From Ostrea edulis (lineage: Eukaryota), in contig NC_079172.1 of NCBI RefSeq assembly GCF_947568905.1, forward strand, positions 31,930,001 through 31,994,000: 64,000 bases of DNA, given 5' to 3'. Position 1 is the stretch's first letter, and the number at the start of each line of letters is the position of its first letter. The translations under genes were made by a program, and so were the position numbers. The notes beneath the pieces were generated by a model. The model was given only the letters and a program-made list of their open reading frames with translations. It did not search any database and had not been told where the DNA came from. Shown one piece after another: positions 39,001 to 48,171 of this stretch.

Positions 39001-42000
39001 GACAAAAACTGTCACCAATGACACAATGACAAATACTGCCACAAATGAAACAAACTGCCACCAATAGCACACTGACAAAAACTGCCACTAATGACACACT
39101 GACAAAAACTGCCACCAATGACACACTGACAAAAACTGCCACTAATGGCACACTGACAAAAACATCCACTAATGACACACTGACAAAAACTGCCACCAAT
39201 GAAACAAACTGCCACTAATGGCACACTGACAAAAACTGCCACCAATGACACACTGACAAAAACAGTCACTAATGGCACACTGACAAAAACTGCCACCAAT
39301 GACACAAACAAAAAATGCCACCAATGACACACTAACAAAAACTGCCACACTGACAAAAAATGCCACTAATGACAGACAAAAACTGCCACCAATGGCACAC
39401 TGACAAAAACTGCCACTAATGACACACTGACAAAAACTGCCACCAATGACACACTGACAAAAACTGCCACCAATGGTACACAGACAAAAACTGTCACTGA
39501 TGGAACAATGACAAAAACTGCCACCAATGGCACACTGATAAAAACTGCCGCCACCAATGACACACTGACAAAAACTGCCACCAATGGTACACAGACAAAA
39601 ACTGTCACTGATGGAACAATGACAAAAACTGCCACCAATGGCACACTGATAAAAACTGCCACCAATGGCACACTGACAAAAACTGCCACCAATGGCACAA
39701 TGACAAAAACTGCCACTAGTGGCACACTAACCTGCAAAGTGCGATAAAAGCGAGTCTGTCCAACCTAGTCACAGGCCCAACACCATCCTTAAATTTTCCA
39801 ACCTTAGTCATGATCAGCATTGTTACAGTCAAAATTTCTCAGTTCATGTCACAGATTAAAATGACCATGTATTCACATCCTAACTGAAACACCATAGAGA
39901 CTGGTTACTCATTGACCACACTGAATCACCATAGAAATTGGTCACTCATTGACCACACTGAAACACCATAGAGATTGACCACACTGAAACACCATAGATA
40001 CTGACCACTCATTTACCACACTGAAACAACATAGAGACTGACCACTCTGAAACAAAGACCCCATGTCATGATCAAGCCTTTTCATCAATATCTGAGCCAA
40101 GAAAATAATTGATTTAACAATTTTTGTATTATGAAATTACATTGTAGTAAAACTGGCCCGGACTGATTTGTAACTTCTGGAATAAGTTAGCATTGGGGAT
40201 TAACTGTGTCTTGTTACTCGGATCGGTCCCATGCCAACTGAAGGAATGGAACCTGAAATGGAAAAAGCGATATTTATAAAATATTGGGATTCAATATATC
40301 ATCTGAAAGTTTGTCATACTTTGGGCTATATGGACCAAGGATATCAACCTGGATAGCTCAAGGCTTAGAAAACCTGAATAACACTGCAGGGATCCCAGTT
40401 CAATTCCATGTACAGCCCAAAAATAATACTCTCTTTCCTTCATTTATACGATATCCTATACCGGTGTGTGTGCGTGTGTACATACACACACACACACACA
40501 TTTATTTATATTACCGTTAAACACATCACAAAACAAAGGATTCTACAATGAAGTCCGTTCTCACCATTCGTTGGCTTGTGGCATAACCAGGGTGGGCCCA
40601 AACTGAACGTATCGAGTCACTGCTTTGGTACTTTCGTCCTCTCTGTATATCACCAATGCTTCATTTGCATCTAATGAAATCATGTCCTTAATCTGTATCC
40701 CATAATGCTCTAGGGGATTTGTAAACATCACACATGGTCTGAAACCAAGAAAGTGAATGCATTATAATTGTTAATGTTAAACATACTCTGTTTATGATAA
40801 AAAGTCAGACATACACTACCCACCATAAATAAGCATACACATAACCTTTTTGCACATTTTGGAATTCATGAATTATATTCAATATAATGAAATAAAGATG
40901 AATTCACTGTGTATAACTTTCAATCTCAGTAAAATAAATGGACATTCAATATTTTTGGCATAGTCTGTTGAATTGTGATATTGATTTCTTTAAGGTAAAA
41001 AATCAAAGGATCTTAAATATATAGATCTCCTATTTTAAATATACATTTAACATTAGTCACCCTTTCTTGTGTTCGACTCGCCCATCTTTATATTTCACAA
41101 TGAGGTAGGCATTCTGGTTGGCTGCATTTCGTTTGAGAACTTCATAACGTTCTCGCCACAGAAAGATCTGAAAATTTTTATCAGGATTATAAAATTCTCT
41201 GCTGTTTTATGGACATCGGCTTCATCTGAATTCAACATAGAAAAGAAAGAAAAAGACTAAAACACTCACCCTTTGAGGTCCCTTTTCTACTCTTGCAACT
41301 CCTTCATGATTGTAGACTAAAGCCTGATAAATTATAAGTACACTATTAAGCCACTGCAAAGGTATCTTTTTGAATTAATAGAATCCTTTAATTCATTGTA
41401 CCTTTCATTATAATTTCACATTATGATTTGCATGTCACTTATAGTCATTCATGGGTCAATTCTGTGATTTATTATCCTAATCTTATTTTCTAATTTTCTT
41501 CCAGAGTTAATTATTCTGATTTCATAATTTGGGTCATCTGCAGGTTCTCTCAAAGTCTAAGGGTCTGACAAATCCTCATTTGACTTGATACATAGGGACT
41601 TGTCACATATTTTGTTCATTATATCGACTTAGCCTTGGTGAAGATATGTAGACTCGAAATCTTCTATGTATTGTAAAATTAAAACACCCGAAATAAAAGT
41701 ATTAACAAATACATGATTTACACATTGACAACAAAATGAGAAATAGACATTTAAATAAACACATGGAATAGAAATTAAATAGGTTATAACTGTTTGCAAT
41801 AATTGATCTGTCCCATTCAAGAGCCTAGCAGAGAGTGTCCGATCGGTAAGGTAATGACGGAAATGTGATGTGGGTTAGAACCAGTCATGCATATAATGGT
41901 CAGTCTGTCTATGTCCATGGGCACATAATGCTCGCATACAACACACACTCACTCAGTGCAAAGAAGCTAATACATGTGATTATTTGTATATATAATACTT

Positions 42001-43229
42001 GAACTGGTTATATTGAGATACACGAAAATACTACAAAGGGAGACCACTCAAATACTCCCACCTGCCTCTTTTCCTTGTTTTATGTTTACATGTAAATACT
42101 TATATTTAATCTAATTCATTGATTTATCTCCAATATGAATTTGGGTGTTGACCATCAATACTCAGTAGTCTATTTATCACAAACGAACACACATGTCATA
42201 TCAAAACACAGCGGGTTCAGTTTATAATTCCATATACAGTCAAAGTAATAAACATTTTAATCCAAAGGACTTAATGGAACTGTGCATTTTGCTAAATGAG
42301 CTAAAATAAAGAGTAAACAATTAGTCACAAGGGAAGATGCTTCAATTGCAAATGCTGCAAAATGCAGAGCTAGAAATATTTATTTTTATTCAATTGTCAC
42401 TTGGGCTATCAACATAAATTTTTGCTGATGAATAGGGGGTGAATAGGGAGCTTTTACTGTTCCTTTGGATCAGTCAATATGATAATGACAGGCCCAAATT
42501 CTATGATTGAGTAATAATAGAATACTTTCATAAATAATTTACTAACCCGATTGCTGAGGAATTTTGATAAGTACTCAAATTAACTAGTCCCAAGCTCTTT
42601 ACAAAGAACTAGCCCAAATCCATAATTTACTGGTCCTAAACCATCGGGCCATTAATTATCATGAGCCCAGACAAAGGCCTACCTCACAAATAAGATCATC
42701 TGTAACGTCCCTACACATGCATATATATATGATAGAAACACCCATGCACAAATCAAATTCCTCCCCATTATTACTCTCAATGCTCAAAAGCAATCATTCA
42801 CTTTGGTAAAGAATTTATCAGTTACTCTCTGTAGGGCGTGACACTAACTTAACCAAGGGCTCTGGTACTTCAATGACATCATATGAAAAGGGGTCGACGA
42901 ATCGAGGGAGATCATCCCAAAGTGATCAGACTGGGATTTCGGACCGAGTCCCTTAAGTATCCAGTAAAATGATCTACCAACGGAGTTAACGGTTTGTGGA
43001 GGATCCCGAATTCTGCTGTAAAATATATCATGTCATTCATACAATTGTTTCAAATGCAATGGGGTGGGGATTGTTGTTTCATATAAGGGTATATCTCTGG
43101 CAAAAAGACACTTGACAACAAAGTTAATTCCAAAATTAAACACCTAAATACTTGCGAAAGATTTTTCTACAGGTACCAATCAAAATTTACCTGCTCCCCA
43201 ACATCAAGGGTCACCCAACCGACTGTCAT
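28988..43229 (-). CDS. Miniature major-vault-protein-related SPFH/shoulder-domain protein (13 exons, 404 aa)
   Basis: Exons (5'->3'): 43229-43191, 41323-41270, 41167-41061, 40738-40565, 40252-40141, 38092-38009, 37903-37866, 35064-35023, 34792-34606, 32172-32100, 31755-31707, 29992-29902, 29152-28988. All introns GT-AG, phases consistent, total 1215 nt open. Three GP-containing beta repeats, VDEVRTKDDAPIRIKLMVFY shoulder-like segment, GYEISKMVYRGY, long coiled coil, KLGVDLNQYL. Confidence 0.88.
29440..29783 (-). mobile_element. 3' fragment of a Penelope-like retroelement (intronic)
   Basis: Encodes LKSACRKFYGRYNDLVHQYNLSLDQMLSDVFHTNC*, recalled as the C-terminus of oyster Penelope-like RTs, followed by the same 3' UTR as 27665-28305 with a single 39-bp unit. 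Confidence 0.65.
29902..29992 (-). CDS. MVP-like gene exon 12
   Basis: TTCTTACAG| AAVQHKLALNVQEEEKKRDRWTEENMASLE |GTAAAC. Confidence 0.87.
31707..31755 (-). CDS. MVP-like gene exon 11
   Basis: TTTTCCTTTTCTTGTTTATAG| EQTMEIESLTHNQNMEK |GTAAGT. Confidence 0.82.
32100..32172 (-). CDS. MVP-like gene exon 10
   Basis: CATTTCAG| YEKEEQQQDMTDLKLKNDRDRLKL |GTAATT. Confidence 0.87.
32171..32298 (-). repeat. 32-bp tandem repeat containing the exon-10 splice acceptor (4 copies)
   Basis: Minus-strand unit TATATTATAAACCTGAATTACTTTCATTTCAG; AG at 32173, 32205, 32237 and 32269. Confidence 0.85.
32511..32832 (-). mobile_element. Kolobok-like MITE (TTAA TSD) with tRNA-like segment
   Basis: Inserted into CCTTATTAA|CTACAAAG of a host repeat (the empty site is visible at ~32996-33012); GGAGG/CCTCC termini. 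Confidence 0.75.
33633..34639. repeat. 40-bp minisatellite (25 units) with a duplicated 9-mer higher-order repeat, spanning the exon-9 donor
   Basis: Unit GAATTGATACTTACAGCCAGTTTGAGCTTGGTTCAGGTCT; units 3-11 have the same variant order as units 12-20. Confidence 0.97.
34606..34792 (-). CDS. MVP-like gene exon 9
   Basis: TTTACAG| YIEFMEKSS...RTKLKLA |GTAAGT (first of 25 tandem donors). Confidence 0.9.
35023..35064 (-). CDS. MVP-like gene exon 8
   Basis: CTTTTTCAG| CVCADVVAFAAKYS |GTAAAT. Confidence 0.87.
35822..36027 (-). mobile_element. tRNA-derived SINE (V-domain-like body)
   Basis: A box TAGCTGAGTGGTTAGAGC, B box GGTTCAAATCCC, body ending TTCCACCAATAAAAACTGG. Confidence 0.75.
36060..36700. 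repeat. 62-bp AT-rich minisatellite
   Basis: Unit ~TTTTTTCGTTGTGAGAAATTTATTTTGCTTTAAGGATTGTCGTGTTATAATTATTACAATTA, ~9 copies. Confidence 0.9.
37866..37903 (-). CDS. MVP-like gene exon 7
   Basis: TATTTCAG| LNSTKDPIADIIN |GTATGG. Confidence 0.85.
38009..38092 (-). CDS. MVP-like gene exon 6
   Basis: TTATGCAG| VDEVRTKDDAPIRIKLMVFYELKEIETM |GTGAGT. Confidence 0.9.
38447..39730. repeat. 27-bp minisatellite (intron 5 of the MVP-like gene)
   Basis: Unit AATGACACACTGACAAAAACTGCCACC, ~45 copies, with an internal ~235-bp block duplication. Confidence 0.95.
40141..40252 (-). CDS. MVP-like gene exon 5
   Basis: CATTTCAG| FHSFSWHGTDP...PGQFYYN |GTAATT. Confidence 0.9.
40565..40738 (-). CDS. MVP-like gene exon 4
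   Basis: GGTTTCAG| PCVMFTNP...FGPTLVMPQANEW |GTGAGA. Confidence 0.9.
41061..41167 (-). CDS. MVP-like gene exon 3
   Basis: TTTTCAG| IFLWRERYEVL...EHKKG |GTGACT. Confidence 0.88.
41270..41323 (-). CDS. MVP-like gene exon 2
   Basis: TTTATCAG| ALVYNHEGVARVEKGPQR |GTGAGT. Confidence 0.88.
43191..43229 (-). CDS. MVP-like gene exon 1
   Basis: MTVGWVTLDVGEQ |GTAAAT. Confidence 0.75.
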
Positions 43230-43690
43230 ACTCTGTGGTGTACTTGCGGCACTTTTAATGGTTCAGCTTCTGAATAAGCCTAGATAGAGCCGACTTTTAT
43301 TTCATCAGTTTGCGTCATACGATATTTTAAAGAAAATCTAGGCAAGATTGTCACGAACCGGATGTTGTTTCTTTTTTTTTATGGATTTTTTAAAGCCAAG
43401 TTGTACGTATAATATTTTTGTTAACCAGTACCAAGACATATTCGTTCAGTAATATATGTACAACGTATAGAGCGAGTGAAAACTAGAAGCTGTCGTAAGA
43501 CAGTTATATACGCACACAAATGTTTGCCTCTAAATATAATCTATACCATATACATATTTTGAATTCTTGCTGCATATGTCAAGGTGCATTGGGTATTCTG
43601 ACCTGGGATCATCCGGCCTCCCAAACCACTTTAAAATATATTTAAAACAGTTGACGTGTTGATCCCTAAACCATATATATATATATTTCT

Positions 43691-43777
43691 GCTGAGATTC
43701 GGCTTGGCTGAATATTTGGACTGACGCCTTCACCGACAAGGCGTCAGTCCAAATATTCAGCCAAGCCGAATCTCAGC
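43691..43777. repeat. Perfect 40-bp-arm palindrome (MITE-like)
   Basis: 43691-43730 is the exact reverse complement of 43738-43777; loop CACCGAC. Confidence 0.92.
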
Positions 43778-44186
43778 CGAGAATAATTCCTGCTGCACAT
43801 GTCAAGATGTATGGGGCGCGATATATTCAATTCTGAATTATTGCGCACATTAATTGAATTGATGATAACATTAATTCTTCAGCTGAATCGATGCGTATGT
43901 AGCGCCAAATTAACATAAACTCAAATAATTGAAGATATCTTCAATTATTTGAAGATATCATCAATTCATTTGATGCGCGCAACAATTTAATTAAAGATCT
44001 CTTCAAATAATTAATGATATCTTCAATTCTGAATTATTGCGCGCATTAAATGCGCACATTATATCAATTAATGAGAGCAATCATTGAATTGATACGCACA
44101 TTAATTCATTCGATGAGTGCAATAATTGATTTAATGCGCGCATTAATTCAATCATTGCTCTCTTCAATTGAATTAATGATATCTTT

Positions 44187-45173
44187 GGCTAGTAGGCCGA
44201 AAGGCACTCAATCAAAATCTCACCCATTACCTTGACGATTTCTTGTTCGTTGGTAAACAAAATACTTCACAATGTTTAGATATTGCCAATAATTTTCAGG
44301 CAACTTGTGAGGAATTAGGCGTTCCAATAAACCATAAAAAAAACACAAGGCCCGACCACACGATTGTGTTTTTTAGGTCTGGGAATCGATACGGTAGCAC
44401 AGACCATTTTTATACCAGACAATAAGATTCAAGAACTTCAGTCCAAACTTCATGCGTTAGTCGCTTTAAAAAAGGTTACCCTTAAAGATATGCAATCATT
44501 ATGCGGCTCCCTCAATTTCTTTGCTAAAGCCATTCCAGGCAGCAGGGCATTTAACCGCAGATTCTATAACTCCACCATTGGCATACGGAAACTTTACTTT
44601 CTAATCAAAGTTACACAAGCAATCAGAGACGACGCAAATGTTTGGCTCAATTTTCTCGAGCATTACAATGGGTATTCCCCCTTTCCAGAATTACATTGGT
44701 CTACTAACCAGGCCCTTAACCTCTTTACCGATAGTTGCGGATCCTACGGCGGAGGTGCAATTTTTCAGAAGCATTGGGCAGTAATTTCCTGGCCATCTTC
44801 ATGGGGTAACGAGGTACGACGGGATATTACTTTTTTAGAGCTAGTTCCCATCTTATTAGCTATTTGGGTCTGGGCTGATCATTTTAAAGCAAAGAAATTG
44901 CTTATAAACACCGACAACATAGCTTTGGTACACATACTAAATTCTCAGTCTAGTAAGTCTCAGCGCGTCATGTCTCTCTTAAGGCCACTAATATTGTTAT
45001 GCCTGAAGTACAACATCCAGATTAAATCCACTCATATATCGGGCTATAAAAATTCCATTGCAGACTCTATTTCTCGATTTCAGTGGGAAAAATTCAGGAC
45101 CCTCGCTCCACATGCAGACAAGAATCCAGCCCTCATACCTCCGGCATTATTGACTCTTTTAGACCTCAAGTAG
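44187..45173 (+). pseudogene. Truncated RT + DIRS-type RNase H
   Basis: THYLDDFLFVG, FLGLGIDT, CGSLNF, LFTDSCGSYGGG, ITFLELVPI, TDN, NSIADSISR; a 1-nt insertion in the A8 run at ~44336-44343 shifts the frame. Confidence 0.88.
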
Positions 45174-46039
45174 ATTGTTTGCTTGACGCCGCCATAGCAA
45201 AAAACACAGCATCAACTTATCAAAAAGCCCTAAACTCTTTTCTGAACTTTCGTATCAAATATAAATTGCAGTTATGTTGGCCCCCACCAGTTGACCAGTT
45301 TATTAACTATATTGCTTTCTTGAGTGCCAACAAAGTATCGTTTTCAACCGCTAGGTGTTATCTAAGTGGCATTAGTTACAAAATTCAGTTAGAGGGCGGT
45401 ATTGACAATACTAGGGCATTCATAGTAAGGAAAATGCTAGAGGGATTCCATAGGCTGAACCCAGCAAAGGATACCCGTTCCCCTATCACTCTTCGTATAC
45501 TGAACCAGTTAATACCTATCCTGCCTGTAGTTTGTTCAAGCTCATACGAAGCCACTATGTTTTCCACCGCTTTTCAGTTGGCATTTTTTGCATTGTTGCG
45601 GGTTGGCGAAATTACCTTCACTAGTCATGCCACTCCTACACTGTTGTACAATGACGTATCAATAGGCGATGAACATATTTCGTTGTTTATAACTGGTTCA
45701 AAAACGGATCAATACAATAAGGGTTCTACTTTGCACATTCCACTGAACTCCCAAACAGATTCATTGTTCAAGCACTTGCACAACTTTTTGTCCATTAGAC
45801 CCCAATCACGTGGCCCATTTTTCTGCCACCTTAACGCCAAACCGCTCACTAGATATCAATTTACATCATTATTGCACAGGTCTATTGAATTTATCGGTTT
45901 AGATACCTCTATTTTTAAGTCTCATTCATTCAGAATAGGTGGAACTACCCATTTGTTTTTACAAGGAATCCCCGAAGATGAAATTAAGGCTAGAGGCAGA
46001 TGGAAATCTGACGCATTTAATTCCTATATCAGAGCCTAA
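45083..46039 (+). CDS. Tyrosine recombinase (integrase)
   Basis: Catalytic R (LLRVGEI), K (SKTDQ), H-x-x-R (SHSFRIG), W and Y (GRWKSDAFNSYIR); frame intact and overlapping RNase H. Confidence 0.92.
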   Translation: MGKIQDPRSTCRQESSPHTSGIIDSFRPQVDCLLDAAIAKNTASTYQKALNSFLNFRIKYKLQLCWPPPVDQFINYIAFLSANKVSFSTARCYLSGISYKIQLEGGIDNTRAFIVRKMLEGFHRLNPAKDTRSPITLRILNQLIPILPVVCSSSYEATMFSTAFQLAFFALLRVGEITFTSHATPTLLYNDVSIGDEHISLFITGSKTDQYNKGSTLHIPLNSQTDSLFKHLHNFLSIRPQSRGPFFCHLNAKPLTRYQFTSLLHRSIEFIGLDTSIFKSHSFRIGGTTHLFLQGIPEDEIKARGRWKSDAFNSYIRA

Positions 46040-46101
46040 AGTTTAAATTTTTTAGTATACCTGCAACATTTCGTGTTCTAATTGAATACCCAAGTTTGTA
46101 G

Positions 46102-46691
46102 GTTCCCGTACTACTGTCTGGATCATTGGCTCTTCCATTATTAATCATGCTGCCCGCCACGCAGAAAAGCATTTCGGAAACCAGCATATGGATCTACTAC
46201 AGCACAATATCTCAATTTTTTGGTCCGGTAAGAGCGGTATGGTGTGGGAGGAGGTGGAGCCAATAGTTAAAAGTATTGTTCAAAAAAGGGGCAAACCTGA
46301 CGTTATATTAATTCATGGCGGGGGTAACAGTATTGGTACAATGCCCTTGGCTAGATTGCAAAAGTTCATGAAATTAACTTTTGCAAATTTACAAACTTTT
46401 CTTCCACAAACTCGATTCATATGGTCCCAAATTCTCCCCAGGCGTTACTATAGACATATGTTCTCAAATATTGCAGCCGATAAAGCACGTAAGCGTATCA
46501 ACAAATCTTTAGCGCCATTTGTAATAGCACGCAATGGCGCATACATAAAATACCCAGGACTTCAACAATGTTCTTCCACGTTTTATAGAGACGGTACGCA
46601 TTTGTCGGATATTGCTCAGGTTACGTTTTTAAACACCATCCGGGATGGATTGCTTAGCATCATCCAAAGAAACGCTCGAATATTTCCTTAA
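46102..46691 (+). CDS. SGNH/GDSL-type hydrolase (probably entered via a splice acceptor at 46101)
   Basis: The frame is open upstream of ATG 46188 and contains VWIIGSS (block I); also GKSG, IHGGGNS and RDGTHLS (D-x-x-H). Confidence 0.8.
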
Positions 46692-46806
46692 CCACACGGC
46701 TATTTGATAAGCAGTCTCCCTGTCATGGCTCGAGCAAAATTTTGCCCGCTCGTGGCGGATGTCTTCATGTACGTAAATATTTCTCATACATACATGAAGA
46801 CATTTG

Positions 46807-47293
46807 GCCGAATTTTGCTAAGCCTGCCACAGATTTTGTTTCATTCCAGGTCCGTGGCTAATAATTAGGCTTATTGACATTGCATGATTGATATTGATTG
46901 ATTGACAAATTGAAATGATTGATTGATTGAAATGATTGATTGATATATTGATTGATTGACACATTGGTGGAATGAAATATTGATTGATTGATTGAAAATA
47001 TTGATTGATTGACACATTGGTGAATTGAAATATTGATTGATTGACACATTGGTGGATTGAAATATTGATTGATTGAAAATATTGAGTGAATTATTGATTG
47101 ATTGACCGAAACATGGATGGACTATTGATGCTACAACATAACTATCCAAAAGTCGTTGTAGATCATGGATTTATACATACTGATGTTTTGTATTAATATG
47201 AACATTGTCGTTGAATTGAAAATACGTTTTTATTAAGTAAAGCCATGACAAAGACTGCCAATACGTGTTATCGTTCTGTTCTATTGAAATAAT
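46807..47293 (+). repeat. Ngaro split direct repeat B1
   Basis: Identical to 47701-48171 except for a 16-nt insertion in the (GATT)n tract. Confidence 0.92.
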
Positions 47294-47700
47294 CCGACTT
47301 AACTCACTATGAGTTAAGTCCAGTTATTGAAATGAACAGAACATGTATTTGTCCAGGCAAAGAAACATAACTCTCGCATTCGATAGAATTGCGCGGTTTT
47401 GACACTATCCCCCCAAACACCTATCGTGACACTTTCCCTTTTCTAACCCGCGTATATCTACTGCGCAAGAGCGAATTGCTAGTTCTTTTTGAGTTCCATG
47501 TCGACGAAAATACAAACCCTCCCTACCCTCCCCCTTTTTCATAACATACATGCATATCATCCTTTTTGCGTTTTTGCTGTCTCCCTTTTTGTGTATTTCA
47601 GGATTCATTTTGTCCACGCCAACGTGCCTCGAATATCTGCCTTCACGAACCGTCATGGCTCTACAACTTATGAGGAGTCAGTGGTCAATGATGGTCAATT

Positions 47701-48171
47701 GCCGAATTTTGCTAAGCCTGCCACAGATTTTGTTTCATTCCAGGTCCGTGGCTAATAATTAGGCTTATTGACATTGCATGATTGATATTGATTGATTGAC
47801 AAATTGAAATGATTGATTGATTGAAATGATTGATTGACACATTGGTGGAATGAAATATTGATTGATTGATTGAAAATATTGATTGATTGACACATTGGTG
47901 AATTGAAATATTGATTGATTGACACATTGGTGGATTGAAATATTGATTGATTGAAAATATTGAGTGAATTATTGATTGATTGACCGAAACATGGATGGAC
48001 TATTGATGCTACAACATAACTATCCAAAAGTCGTTGTAGATCATGGATTTATACATACTGATGTTTTGTATTAATATGAACATTGTCGTTGAATTGAAAA
48101 TACGTTTTTATTAAGTAAAGCCATGACAAAGACTGCCAATACGTGTTATCGTTCTGTTCTATTGAAATAAT
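47701..48171 (+). repeat. Ngaro split direct repeat B2 (3' terminus)
   Basis: See B1; ends GTTCTATTGAAATAAT. Confidence 0.92.

Larger units (their letters stand above)
44187..48171 (+). mobile_element. 5'-truncated Ngaro-type (DIRS order) tyrosine-recombinase retrotransposon
   Basis: RT (HYLDDF) - RNase H - YR - SGNH hydrolase, then split direct repeats B1 (46807-47293), A2 (47294-47700) and B2 (47701-48171). Confidence 0.88.

Noticed and set aside
38421-39747. Thr-rich TNDTLTKTA (mucin/ice-binding-like) and VSLVAVF ORFs
   Set aside because: Translations of a 27-bp minisatellite inside intron 5 of the MVP-like gene; frames break repeatedly and there are no splice signals.
44336-44346. Programmed frameshift at A AAA AAC in the Ngaro RT
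   Set aside because: Restoring the frame needs +1, not -1; it sits inside the RT core, so a simple homopolymer insertion is more likely.
46818-48027. SINQ-repeat ORFs
   Set aside because: Antisense reading of the (GATT)n tracts in the Ngaro B repeats.
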